A stretch of 49,337 nucleotides of DNA from an uncultured Pirellulales bacterium (GCA_964481525.1 CAYZTY010000003.1:1-49337), one strand, 5' to 3'. Shown: positions 1-9,161, counted from the first letter of the stretch. Made by a program: numbers and translations. Notes: a model not told the origin generated them from the sequence alone.

Positions 1-240
1 GGTGCCGCAAACAGCAAGTTTGCCGATATCACCGCCGTTGAAAAAAAGGGGTTTTACAACATAGCTGTCGGTACTGAAGCAGACTTCAGGTGAGGAAAGA
101 TTAACTTTCGCGGCATCGGCAAGTTGGGCAACGGTGTCATTTTTCAGCTTCGGAAGAATATGCTGCCGTATCAACTGGTCGGTCAATCGTCCGCCGCCGC
201 CGTGTGCAAGCAGGATTTTGTGGGGTTGCTCAGCGTTCAT
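1..240 (-). CDS. hypE: Hydrogenase maturation protein HypE, N-terminal fragment (gene runs off the left edge)
   Basis: The reverse-strand ATG at 240-238 overlaps the hypD stop (ATGA). My translation is MNAEQPHKILLAHGGGGRLTDQL...FSTDSYVVKPLFFNGGDIGKLAVCGT, which carries the HypE N-terminal signatures AHGGGG and GGDIGKLAVCGT. It follows hypC-hypD. Confidence 0.85.
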   Translation of the reverse strand, partial: MNAEQPHKILLAHGGGGRLTDQLIRQHILPKLKNDTVAQLADAAKVNLSSPEVCFSTDSYVVKPLFFNGGDIGKLAVCGT

Positions 241-1319
241 TTAGCCTGTTTGCCTTTCGGTCCATATTTGAACCATGCTGCACAAGCGCCTTCGGAGCTG
301 ACCATACAGGGCCCGACGGGCGTATCGGGGCTGCACTTTTTGCCGAACAAGGCACACTGAGGCGGTTCAATCAGTCCGCAGAGCACCTCACCACAGCGGC
401 AGCCGGAGGTATCTTCAACGGGTTTCTCTTCGATGCTGAACCTCTTGCAGGCATCGAACCGGCTGTACCTGGATTTCAGTCTTAAAGTGCTTTTCTTGAT
501 TTTTCCCAGTCCCCGCCAATAACCGTCCGCCACATCAAAGCAGCGGTCAATAATCTGTTGCGCGGTAGTATTTCCGTTAGGTGTTACCACCGCTTCGTAA
601 ACGGATTTTACCTCGGGCTTTCGCTCGATGAGCTGGCGAGATATTTCGCCCAGGCCCTGGATGATCTGCATAGGCTCAAATCCGGCAACGACGCAGGGCT
701 TTGCAAATTGGCGCACAATCGGGCGATATGCATCCGAGCCGATTATGACGGTGACATGGCCGGGGCACAGAAAGGCATCGATTTTGTGGTTCTTGTCTGA
801 AAGTAAGGCCTGCATCGCGGGTATCACAAGTTTGTGGCCGCTTAAAATGCAGAAGTTCTCAATGCCAAGCTGGTCAGCCTCGCTGACTGCAACGGCGGTG
901 GCCGGGGTGGTCGTCTCAAAGCCGACCGCAACAAAAACAATGACCTTATCAGGATTGTCTTTTGCAAGCTGCAGGGCATCTTCGCTGCTGAGCACCACTC
1001 TGACATTGTTGTTCTTATTTCTTCTCTCAAGTGAGCCGTCGCTTCCGGGGACACGAACCATATCACCGTATGTAGCAATCAGAACATTTTTCTTGCCAGC
1101 CAATTCCATAACAAGGTCGATATAGCCAAGGTCGGTAACGCAAACCGGACAGCCCGGGCCGGAGAGAAGCTTCATTTGGGGCGGCAATGTCGAGACTATG
1201 CCGCTGCGGAATATCGAGACGGTGTGAGTACCACAGACCTCCATTATGTTTATCTGCCGAGCCAGGCTTCGGCAGGCCTTATCCATTAGGATTTGAGCTT
1301 TGTGAATTCTTTCAAGCAT
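237..1319 (-). CDS. hypD: Hydrogenase maturation protein HypD
   Basis: 360 aa with the HypD motifs CGTHT, GPGCPVCV, GFETT and CPGHV. It lies between hypC and hypE. Confidence 0.95.
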   Translation of the reverse strand: MLERIHKAQILMDKACRSLARQINIMEVCGTHTVSIFRSGIVSTLPPQMKLLSGPGCPVCVTDLGYIDLVMELAGKKNVLIATYGDMVRVPGSDGSLERRNKNNNVRVVLSSEDALQLAKDNPDKVIVFVAVGFETTTPATAVAVSEADQLGIENFCILSGHKLVIPAMQALLSDKNHKIDAFLCPGHVTVIIGSDAYRPIVRQFAKPCVVAGFEPMQIIQGLGEISRQLIERKPEVKSVYEAVVTPNGNTTAQQIIDRCFDVADGYWRGLGKIKKSTLRLKSRYSRFDACKRFSIEEKPVEDTSGCRCGEVLCGLIEPPQCALFGKKCSPDTPVGPCMVSSEGACAAWFKYGPKGKQAK

Positions 1320-1323
1320 TTAT

Positions 1324-1354
1324 TCGTATCTCGTATGTCGTATGTCGTATTTCG
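1324..1354. repeat. Heptanucleotide tandem repeat (TCGTATN, about 4 units) in the hypC-hypD spacer
   Basis: Read directly: ttcgtatc tcgtatg tcgtatg tcgtatt tcg. Confidence 0.8.
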
Positions 1355-1364
1355 CTTCACGCCA

Positions 1365-1607
1365 TTAACCCGAAATTTTATCCTGCGTTTGGTTGAAGGC
1401 GTCAATTTCCGCAAGAAGCTCCCAGGTCTCCTTTGCCTCCTTTTCGTCAATCAGCCCGATGGCGAAACCGGCGTGCACCAGAACGAGGGTGCCGACCCCC
1501 GCCTCGGGCAGAAGGGTGGTTTTTATCTTCCAGCGATTGCCCATAGCCTCTGCAATCGCCTTGTCGCCCTTCAATTCAACTATTCTTGCCGGAATCGCTA
1601 AACACAT
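1365..1607 (-). CDS. hypC: Hydrogenase assembly chaperone HypC/HupF family
   Basis: 80 aa beginning MCLAIPARIVEL, with the conserved N-terminal Cys2. It is adjacent to hypD. Confidence 0.9.
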   Translation of the reverse strand: MCLAIPARIVELKGDKAIAEAMGNRWKIKTTLLPEAGVGTLVLVHAGFAIGLIDEKEAKETWELLAEIDAFNQTQDKISG

Positions 1608-1903
1608 TGTTCGTCTCTCGTTGCTCGATTAACTGTTGTTTAAAACCGAGTATAAACAAAATTCATTCTATTAGCTTATATGGCTTAGGTCAATCTTCTG
1701 TTCGAAAGTCAATTATTAGCGTTAAATTAAAGATTCGACTGTAGTTTTGCACCTATCCAGTCTTTGGGTGAGCCTCTGTCAACATTTCTATTTGTAATCC
1801 TCAGGTTTAACTCTTAAAATGTCTATAGAAATACAAATTTGAATTTTCAAAGGGCCACGTAAAGCAAAGCCCTATACGGAACCGTAAAATAAAACGCGAA
1901 ATA

Positions 1904-2383
1904 GTGGAAATTAAAATTAAAAATCCATTGTTTTTGCTTAAGCTTGCCGTAGTAATAATGTCTCTGGTCGGGGTAACCAAATTAATTGGTTTACTTCTTC
2001 CAATTATCATTATGCCTTACGATTTCATTCTTTGGGGCGAATTTTTTGTCTCACTTATCAAAGATATTGGCGAAGTCTTTAATATTACAAACACTGGATT
2101 GGTCATATACTTACTTCTGCAATCTTTTGTTATTTCCTTTATCTATATAACTTCCGGTATATTCATTTTATTTAGAAAACCATGGGCAAGACGCTTAATT
2201 GTCTACTCATTAGTAATTGTTATACCTCTTTCCTTTATTAACTCTATTTTGGTATATTTAGATAGAGGTTTTTATTCACCAAACTATGATGGGGTGTTGA
2301 ACTTAATTTTCCACATATATCTTCTTTACTTTTTCACGAGACCAGAGATTAAGCAGTTATTTCCTGAAAGGCCTACAGGATGA
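1904..2383 (+). CDS. Hypothetical multi-pass membrane protein in a low-GC insert
   Basis: 159-aa ORF with about 4 hydrophobic segments and no recognisable motif. It sits in a markedly AT-rich stretch (about 1608-2433) on the strand opposite the hyp genes. Confidence 0.45.
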   Translation: MEIKIKNPLFLLKLAVVIMSLVGVTKLIGLLLPIIIMPYDFILWGEFFVSLIKDIGEVFNITNTGLVIYLLLQSFVISFIYITSGIFILFRKPWARRLIVYSLVIVIPLSFINSILVYLDRGFYSPNYDGVLNLIFHIYLLYFFTRPEIKQLFPERPTG

Positions 2384-2433
2384 AATCACTCACGTCCATT
2401 GCTTTTATAGAGTTTTAATTAATAAAAGCGATT

Positions 2434-4848
2434 CTATAAATGTTGGTTAATGGTATATGCTGCAATTGCTGCCTGGCCGAGAGATATACCGCCGTCGTTA
2501 GAGGGGACCTCTCGGTTAAATAATACGCAAAAACCGCTATCCTTCAATAGTTTAATCAAACGATTTGCGAAATATCGATTACAAAATACACCGCCACTGA
2601 GAGTAACAGTGTCAAGTTTTGTGCTCTCTCTGGCTGCTCTGGCCATATCAAGCAGGCTGGCGGCAAGAGTATTATGGAACTTGGCTGATATAACGCTGCC
2701 GGCCGTCCCCTTTTGAATATCGGTAATCAACTGTTCTACCATTTTACGCAGGTCAATCAAAATCGGCTCACCGGTTTTCTTAATAAGCTCAAAATCATAA
2801 TTCTCGTCGATGCCGTTTTCTATAACTGCTTCAAGAGCCATCGGCAGTTGTGCGTCGAAATGGTTGTAACTGCCTAATCCAAGCATAGCAGCCACTGCGT
2901 CAAAAATCCTACCTAAGCTTGAGGTTTCAACAGTGTTAACTCTCTTTTCGATTTGCTCTAATATGATTTGTTGCTTCTTCGTATCGCTTTCAATTTGCTC
3001 AAGCAGCCAGCTAAATTTATCTAAGTTGAAATTATCACCGTATGCTTTCTTAAGGAGTCCCAGGACAGGTCTTATGGCCTCTTTGCTTGCTTTATCCGCG
3101 CCAGCCAGTTGGTAATAATCCAGGTGGCCTAACCGCTCGAATTTTTCCAGTGATGCAATCATACACTCACAGCCCCAAATCGCGCCGTCAGTTCCGTAGC
3201 CGGTGCCGTCACATTCAATGCCGATGACCGGCCCTTCAAGGTTGTGTTCAACCAGGACCGACGCAATGTGTGCCCAGTGGTGCTGGACCTGGATTACTCT
3301 TACATCCGGTATCGATTGTGCATAGCGGGTGGAAAAATAACCGGGGTGAAAGTCGCATACTACGATTTTTGGCTCGACTTCAAATAATTGCCGCAGGTGC
3401 TCGATTGAATCAATATAGTGATGATAGACTTCTGCATCTTCAAGGTCGCCGATATGCTCGCTGCAGATAAGCTGATTTTGCTTTACAAAACAAAATGTGT
3501 TTTTCATATCCGCCCCTGCTGCGAATATGTCCTGCCGGCATATTGCCTTCATAAGAATAGGACTCGGCACATATCCTCTTGCTCTTCTTAAGGTAACCGG
3601 CTTTTCGTCCACAAAATGAATAACCGAGTCGTCAACCTGCCGGTAAATCTCCCTGTCATGCATTAAAAAGGCATCTGCAATACCTGCGAGTCTTTCAAGA
3701 GCTTTGTCGTTTTTACAAATTAAAGGCTCGTCAGAGATATTGCCGCTGGTCATCACCAATATTTCTATGCCCCGGCCGTTTATCTTCTCGGCAAAAAGCA
3801 AATGGTGCAGCGGCGCATAACAAAGCATAAAGCCAAATGTGTCAACGCCTTCCGCCACCGATGGAGCTATCGCTGAATCTTCCCTTTTTGGTAATAGAAC
3901 AATTGGGCTTTGGGGGCTTTCTAAGACCTTCTCAGCCGGTTTGCTTACAACAGCATACTCTTTTATCTTTTCAATTGAGCCAGCCATCATAGCAAAAGGT
4001 TTGTGGTCCCGGTGCTTACGCTCTCGTAGCCGCCTAACTGCCGAATCATTGAGGGCATCGACCGCTAAATGAAATCCGCCAATTCCTTTTATGGCCAGTA
4101 TCTTGCCATCAAGCAACAACCGCACAGTGCGCGCAATAACTTTATCACTGCCGGTCTCTACAATTTTGCCGGTGGAGTCTGTAAGGAAAATCTTCGGGCC
4201 GCACTTAGGACAGGCGACAGGCTGAGCATGGAAACGCCTGTCCGCCGGGTCATTATATTGACAGGCACATTCAGGACACATCTCAAAGACAGACATTGTC
4301 GTATTAGGCCGGTCGTATGGAATTGTTTTAATCAGTGAGTATCTTGGGCCGCAGTTGGTGCAATTAATGAAAGGATAACGATAACGAAAATCATCCGGCT
4401 CGTTCATTTCACTTAGGCAGTCAGAACAGGTGGCAATATCTACGGTCACTTCGGAAAGAGCCGTGCCCGCCGAATCGCTCGATTTTATACTGAAACTCTC
4501 TTCACCGGCCACGGCAGGAATATCAACTACCCGGCAGGTATCTATCTTCATCAGGGGGGGGCTGCCGGTTCCGGATTGAAGACATGTTACGAATTCGGCA
4601 CAACTGTCAGGCCGACCCTGCAGCTCGATAGTTACGCCTTTTGTATCATTAAAGACAAAACCTGAAAGTGAAAGCCGGGTGGCAAGGCGATATACAAACG
4701 GCCGAAAGCCAACGCCCTGTACACACCCTGTAACAAATATTTTCTTTCTTTCGAGCAAATCAGCACCAGAAAACGCGATTTTCCAAATACTTTCACACAA
4801 AGCATATTTTCCAATATTAGGGGTCTGATGGCAATGCCTTTCATCCAT
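2434..4848 (-). CDS. hypF: Carbamoyltransferase HypF
   Basis: Acylphosphatase-like N-terminus (VTGCVQGVGFRPFVYRLA), two CxxC-x18-CxxC zinc-finger pairs (CSDC...CTNCGPRY and CPEC...CPKCGP), and YrdC-like and Kae1-like regions. The start was chosen at the ATG at 4848 (MDERHC...). The track ORF extends to 5082, but that extension overlaps the divergent permease start. Confidence 0.92.
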   Translation of the reverse strand: MDERHCHQTPNIGKYALCESIWKIAFSGADLLERKKIFVTGCVQGVGFRPFVYRLATRLSLSGFVFNDTKGVTIELQGRPDSCAEFVTCLQSGTGSPPLMKIDTCRVVDIPAVAGEESFSIKSSDSAGTALSEVTVDIATCSDCLSEMNEPDDFRYRYPFINCTNCGPRYSLIKTIPYDRPNTTMSVFEMCPECACQYNDPADRRFHAQPVACPKCGPKIFLTDSTGKIVETGSDKVIARTVRLLLDGKILAIKGIGGFHLAVDALNDSAVRRLRERKHRDHKPFAMMAGSIEKIKEYAVVSKPAEKVLESPQSPIVLLPKREDSAIAPSVAEGVDTFGFMLCYAPLHHLLFAEKINGRGIEILVMTSGNISDEPLICKNDKALERLAGIADAFLMHDREIYRQVDDSVIHFVDEKPVTLRRARGYVPSPILMKAICRQDIFAAGADMKNTFCFVKQNQLICSEHIGDLEDAEVYHHYIDSIEHLRQLFEVEPKIVVCDFHPGYFSTRYAQSIPDVRVIQVQHHWAHIASVLVEHNLEGPVIGIECDGTGYGTDGAIWGCECMIASLEKFERLGHLDYYQLAGADKASKEAIRPVLGLLKKAYGDNFNLDKFSWLLEQIESDTKKQQIILEQIEKRVNTVETSSLGRIFDAVAAMLGLGSYNHFDAQLPMALEAVIENGIDENYDFELIKKTGEPILIDLRKMVEQLITDIQKGTAGSVISAKFHNTLAASLLDMARAARESTKLDTVTLSGGVFCNRYFANRLIKLLKDSGFCVLFNREVPSNDGGISLGQAAIAAYTINQHL

Positions 4849-5040
4849 AATACCCGCCGGGCGGATGGATTGTTCATCGTGACGGCTTTTCAAGGCAAAA
4901 ACGAATCCATACTTTTCACATTGACCGTGACGGGATTCGAAAGTATCATTATTGCGTCTTAAAACAAAATCCCAGACAAGACAACGGGTGTTGCACCAGA
5001 GACGAGAGAACGTCGATTCTGCAGGCTTTGACGGCTTTTT

Positions 5041-6945
5041 TTGAAAAAGCGGAGCTTTGTACTGAATGAGCTGAAAAAACAATTAGGCCTGCTTGAGATA
5101 TTCTCTATCGCCTCGGGTGCGATGATAAGCTCGGGTCTGTTTGTTCTTCCTGCAATCGCGTATCGAAAGGCGGGGCCGGCCGTAATATTATCCTATCTTT
5201 TCGCTTCTATTCTGGTTATTCCCAGTGTTTTGAGCAAGGCGGAACTCTCCACCGCTATGCCGCGGGCCGGCGGGACCTATCTTTACATCGAGCGCAGCCT
5301 CGGTTCGATACCCGGCCTTTTCAGCGGATTAGCCAACTGGTTTTCGGTAGCACTGAAAAGCGCATTCGCGCTGGTCGGTATGGCGGTCTTCGTCAGAATC
5401 GCAGTCGAATCTATGCTCTCGATAAAACTCACCGACCAACAGGAGGCAATACTCCTAAAAACGATAGCCAGTGTATTCTGCCTCGGTTTTATGCTTCTTA
5501 ATATTACAAGTGTTAAGCAAGCCGGTAAACTTCAGGTCTGGCTGGTAATGGGTATGTTCGGGATACTAACGCTTTTCATCATCACCGGGACCAAGTCAAT
5601 TGTCCTTGGAAGATATGAGCCTTTTTTGCAAAACGGCTGGGCGGCGGTCTTCGCCACCACAGGTATGGTCTTTGTAAGTTTCGGTGGCCTGACAAAAGTC
5701 GCCAGCGTGGCCGAGGAGGTTATAAATCCCGCGAAGAACCTGGCGTTGGGAATGATTCTGGCCTGGTTTTTCGTGACCCTTCTTTACCTGGGCACAGTTG
5801 CAGTAACAGTAGGAGTGGCGGGGGGGCCGGAATTAGCGGAATCGCTAACGCCAATTTCATTAGCAGCCGGAACCTTTATGGGGTCGTGGGGCATTATTCT
5901 TGTCACATTTGCAGCAATGGCGGCGTTTATAACAACCGCAAACGCGGGAATATTAGCTTCCTCAAGACAGCCGCTGGCAATGAGCAGAGATAAGCTGCTT
6001 CCGGCGGCTCTGGCAAGGTTAAACAGGCGTTTCAGAACACCCCATGTTAGTATAATAGTAACCTGCGGCTTCATGATTCTTGCGATTGTGCTTCTTGATA
6101 TTGAGTTGCTTGTAAAGACTGCTTCCACACTGATGATAGTTCTGTTTATGCTGGTAAACGCCAGCGTAATTATAATGCGCGAAAGCAGGATTCAAAGCTA
6201 TCGACCGGTTTTCAAGTCGCCTTTGTATCCCTATATTCATATTTTTGCGATAGTCGTCTATGCTTTGTTAATCGTTCAAATGGGATTTGTGCCGTTGATA
6301 GTCACGGCCGGGTTTATAAGCATCTCGGCGGCCTGGTTCGGTCTTTATCTGTACAAGCGCGTTACAAGACAATCGGCCCTGATGCACGTTGTGGAGCGAG
6401 TTACGGATAGAGAGCTTCAAACTGTAACGCTTGAGGACGAGCTGCGGGACATCCTGCTGCAGCGGGATGAAGTGGTCGAAGACCGATTCGACAAACTGAT
6501 AAGGGAGTGTGAGATAATAGACCTGCAGGAAAGCAGTAAGGCAAACGACGTTTTCAGGGCTATCTCAAAAATCCTCGCGGACAGACTTAAAGCCGACGAG
6601 AACGTCTTATTTGATAAATTTCTCAAAAGAGAGGCTGAAGGTACAACGGTAGTTCAGCCGGGATTGGCGATACCACACATAATTTTGGAAGGCGCGAAGA
6701 AATTCGACGTCGTTTTGGTCAGGGCCAAGCAAGGCGTGATTTTCCCTCACGCAGCCGAGCCGGTCAAAGCGATATTTATTCTCGTCGGAAGCAAGGATGA
6801 GCGGAACTATCATTTGCGGGCGCTAATGGCGATAGCACAAATCGCTCAGGATGAGAATTTCGAGAAACGTTGGCTGGAGGCAAGAGATACGCAGGCAATC
6901 CTGAACCTGATACTTCTTTCAACAAGAAAAAGGGATTCTGAATAA
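5041..6945 (+). CDS. APC-family amino acid permease fused to a C-terminal PTS EIIA-2 (PtsN-like) domain
   Basis: The N-terminal region has roughly 12 TM segments and an APC-type start (LGLLEIFSIASGAMISSGLF). The C-terminal region of about 165 aa has an EIIA(Ntr/Fru)-like signature (VVQPGLAIPHIILEG, FILVGSKDERNYHLRALMAIAQ). It has a TTG start, and there is no in-frame ATG upstream of the conserved N-terminus. Confidence 0.8.
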   Translation: MKKRSFVLNELKKQLGLLEIFSIASGAMISSGLFVLPAIAYRKAGPAVILSYLFASILVIPSVLSKAELSTAMPRAGGTYLYIERSLGSIPGLFSGLANWFSVALKSAFALVGMAVFVRIAVESMLSIKLTDQQEAILLKTIASVFCLGFMLLNITSVKQAGKLQVWLVMGMFGILTLFIITGTKSIVLGRYEPFLQNGWAAVFATTGMVFVSFGGLTKVASVAEEVINPAKNLALGMILAWFFVTLLYLGTVAVTVGVAGGPELAESLTPISLAAGTFMGSWGIILVTFAAMAAFITTANAGILASSRQPLAMSRDKLLPAALARLNRRFRTPHVSIIVTCGFMILAIVLLDIELLVKTASTLMIVLFMLVNASVIIMRESRIQSYRPVFKSPLYPYIHIFAIVVYALLIVQMGFVPLIVTAGFISISAAWFGLYLYKRVTRQSALMHVVERVTDRELQTVTLEDELRDILLQRDEVVEDRFDKLIRECEIIDLQESSKANDVFRAISKILADRLKADENVLFDKFLKREAEGTTVVQPGLAIPHIILEGAKKFDVVLVRAKQGVIFPHAAEPVKAIFILVGSKDERNYHLRALMAIAQIAQDENFEKRWLEARDTQAILNLILLSTRKRDSE

Positions 6946-6979
6946 CACCTAACAGACACTCTTAAAAAACCGGCAAAAA

Positions 6980-6999
6980 CCCCGAAGCAGGCTTCGGGG
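6980..6999. repeat. GC-rich 20-nt palindromic hairpin (ccccgaag-cagg-cttcgggg)
   Basis: Read directly as an 8-bp stem with a 4-nt loop. No T-run follows. It lies just upstream of the IS200/RAYT-like gene. Confidence 0.7.
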
Positions 7000-7056
7000 C
7001 TAAACTAAATGGGAAAATATTGTGTATCGATAAGATTCGTGGATACAATTGGTCTT

Positions 7057-7509
7057 ATGGGAAAATTGGTCGGTTATATGGTAACCTGGACAACCTATGG
7101 GACATGGTTGCAGGGCGACAAAAGAGGGTATGTGTGTGATGGAAAAGTTCTGCCAGCAGATGCAGGCCTTGAAGAAGCAAACAAAAAACTACAAAAATCC
7201 GGATTCGTTCGTCTAACATCAAAACGGAAAAAAGTAGTTGAGGATGCGGTCCTCAAAGAGGCACAGCGCATCGGGCAGAAGATACTCGCGATGGCAGTTT
7301 GCTCTAATCATATTCATCTTGTGGTTAGTTCGGGATATGAGTCAATAGAAAGTACTGTGTCACGGTATAAAAATGTGGCTACCAGCGCCCTGAAAAAAAC
7401 CGGATTAACAAAAAGAATATGGACTCGCGGTTTTGACAAGCGGTTCTGTTTCAATGATGAACAACTCAAACAGAAAACAAAATGCGTTCGCAGTCATAAT
7501 CGCGGTTAG
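7057..7509 (+). CDS. IS200/Y1-transposase-like (REP-associated tyrosine transposase-like) protein
   Basis: The N-terminus YMVTWTTYGTWLQGDKRGYV and the HUH-type motif CSNHIHLVV are typical of the transposase IS200-like superfamily. The start was chosen at the ATG at 7057 (the ORF opens at 7009). No clear C-terminal catalytic Tyr motif is seen. Confidence 0.6.
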   Translation: MGKLVGYMVTWTTYGTWLQGDKRGYVCDGKVLPADAGLEEANKKLQKSGFVRLTSKRKKVVEDAVLKEAQRIGQKILAMAVCSNHIHLVVSSGYESIESTVSRYKNVATSALKKTGLTKRIWTRGFDKRFCFNDEQLKQKTKCVRSHNRG

Positions 7510-7529
7510 CCCGCAGGCCTGCCTGCGGG
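7510..7529. repeat. GC-rich 20-nt palindromic hairpin (cccgcagg-cctg-cctgcggg)
   Basis: Read directly. It starts 1 nt after the stop of the IS200-like gene and has the same architecture as the hairpin at 6980-6999. Confidence 0.7.
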
Positions 7530-7548
7530 TAAACATTCTCAAAGATAT

Positions 7549-8058
7549 CTACCCAACTTGCACAGAACCGAGCTTGTGGCCGGGGCCGATTGTGTAAAGG
7601 CGTTTTTTCGGTTCGGTGTTGACGTGTGCAGCGATTACTTTGCCGACAAAGATTATGTGGTCGCCCACCTCGGTTTCGGTCTCGAGCGTGCACTCGAAAT
7701 TTGCAACGGCGTCTGTGAGCAGGACTGAATCGATTACCGCGGCCGGCTCGTTTTTACAGTCGAATTGAACAAATTTGTCGGTATCGCGGCCGCTGTGGCT
7801 TCCGAAAAACAAGGCTGCATCAGCCATATCCACAGAAGGATAAGCAATCGTGAAACACTTCGAGTGCCGAATGGCCGTGGTTGAGTAGTGACTTGTCGCT
7901 ACGGCTATTGCCATCATCGGCGGCCGGCCGGAAGCAAACATCGTCCACCCAAGCGTAATAGGATTGGCCCTGCCGTTTTTATCCTTTGCAATTGCGATAA
8001 CTACCTGTTCGGGATATTTGGTCTTTACCGCTTCGGTATATTCAACCTGCTTTTGCAT
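7549..8058 (-). CDS. Flavin reductase-like FMN-binding domain protein
   Basis: 169 aa with the overall pattern of the flavin reductase domain family (ITLGWTM..., GDHIIFVGKV). Confidence 0.75.
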   Translation of the reverse strand: MQKQVEYTEAVKTKYPEQVVIAIAKDKNGRANPITLGWTMFASGRPPMMAIAVATSHYSTTAIRHSKCFTIAYPSVDMADAALFFGSHSGRDTDKFVQFDCKNEPAAVIDSVLLTDAVANFECTLETETEVGDHIIFVGKVIAAHVNTEPKKRLYTIGPGHKLGSVQVG

Positions 8059-8148
8059 TTCAGGACTCCAAAGACAATTTGGTGTTTACTTGAAATATAT
8101 ATATGATAGAATTTTACCAGGAAGAGTTGTTTTAACAAGGAGAAAGAA

Positions 8149-8958
8149 GTGGAGACAATCGGATTTATAGGCGGCGGAAATATGGCCGAGGCGCTCATTA
8201 AGGGGATGACCGCGGCAAAAGTTTACTCACCTCAGAACATAACCGTCAGTGATATACGTCTCGAAAGACTCGAATATCTTAAAAAACAATATGCCGTCAG
8301 GACCGAAACAGATAACGCGTCGGTGGCGGGAACGGTGGATGTTCTTATCCTTAGCGTCAAGCCACAGAATATGACCGAGGCCCTGGAGAGTATCAAGGGG
8401 CAGTTGAGGGCGAATACGCTTGTTATCTCAATCGCGGCGGGTATAAAGGTTTCCAAAGTTACTGATGCCCTGGGTGATATTGCCGTGGTTCGCGTTATGC
8501 CTAATACGCCTGCCTTGATTAGCGAAGGGGCCAGCGCATTATTCGCTAATGAGAAGGCAAAGGCAATGCTGGACAAAGCAATGTCAATATTCTCATCGGT
8601 CGGCAAAGCCGTTGTTGTTGATGACGAAGGTTTAATAGACGCCGTGACCGCGGTAAGCGGCAGCGGGCCTGCTTATTATTTCCTCCTGATGGAAGAAATG
8701 ATAGAAGCAGCCGTGAAACTGGGCCTGCCCGGTGATGTCGCGAAAAAACTGGTCCTGCAAACCGCCAAAGGAGCGGCCCTGCTCGCAGACGAACGCGATA
8801 AGCAGGGAGAAACGCCGGCCCAGCTTCGCCAGAAGGTTACCTCGCCCGGCGGAACCACCGAAGCGGCCTTAAAGGTTTTGGCAGACGGTCAAATCGGCTC
8901 GTTGATTGAGCAAGCCATAACAAGGGCTCAGCAAAGAAGCAGAGAGCTTAGCGGCTGA
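8149..8958 (+). CDS. proC: Pyrroline-5-carboxylate reductase
   Basis: GFIGGGNMAEALIKG Rossmann motif and C-terminal VTSPGGTTEAAL motif. GTG start, with AAGGAG upstream. Confidence 0.93.
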   Translation: METIGFIGGGNMAEALIKGMTAAKVYSPQNITVSDIRLERLEYLKKQYAVRTETDNASVAGTVDVLILSVKPQNMTEALESIKGQLRANTLVISIAAGIKVSKVTDALGDIAVVRVMPNTPALISEGASALFANEKAKAMLDKAMSIFSSVGKAVVVDDEGLIDAVTAVSGSGPAYYFLLMEEMIEAAVKLGLPGDVAKKLVLQTAKGAALLADERDKQGETPAQLRQKVTSPGGTTEAALKVLADGQIGSLIEQAITRAQQRSRELSG

Positions 8959-8960
8959 GG

Positions 8961-9146
8961 CTATTCCACGATTATCGCCTCGACGGGACATTCGTCAGCG
9001 GCCTGCTGAACAGCATCCTCGAACTCGGCAGGAACCTTGTCCATCACGACCTGGGCCGTGTCATCGCCCATTTCAAAGACATCAGGACAGGTCTCGACGC
9101 ACAATCCGCAGGCGGTACAGGTATCTTCTTCAATTCTGACTTTCAT
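8961..9146 (-). CDS. Small 4Fe-4S ferredoxin
   Basis: MKVRIEEDTCTACGLCVETCPDVFEM...CPVEAI. The start was chosen at the ATG at 9146, which is preceded by AAGGAG. The track ORF extends to 9191. Confidence 0.85.
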   Translation of the reverse strand: MKVRIEEDTCTACGLCVETCPDVFEMGDDTAQVVMDKVPAEFEDAVQQAADECPVEAIIVE

Positions 9147-9161
9147 AGTAAACTCCTTGAA

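Noticed and set aside
628-1125. Long antisense or alternate-frame ORFs inside well-supported genes. Examples: 628-1125 in hypD, 15280-15765 in thiG, 37036-37653 in glmS, 43145-43900 in the SBP gene, 28776-29399 across rpsI/rplM, 29737-30171 in the TPR gene, and 47799-48305 in metK.
   Set aside because: Each lies fully within a gene whose product has strong family motifs on the other strand or frame. Their translations are low-complexity (Arg/Ser/Pro-rich) with no motifs, which is typical of shadow ORFs in mid/high-GC coding DNA.
4849-5082. A 78-codon N-terminal extension of hypF (track ORF start at 5082).
   Set aside because: The extension precedes the acylphosphatase domain, has no HypF similarity, and overlaps the divergent permease start. 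The ATG at 4848 gives a normal-length HypF.
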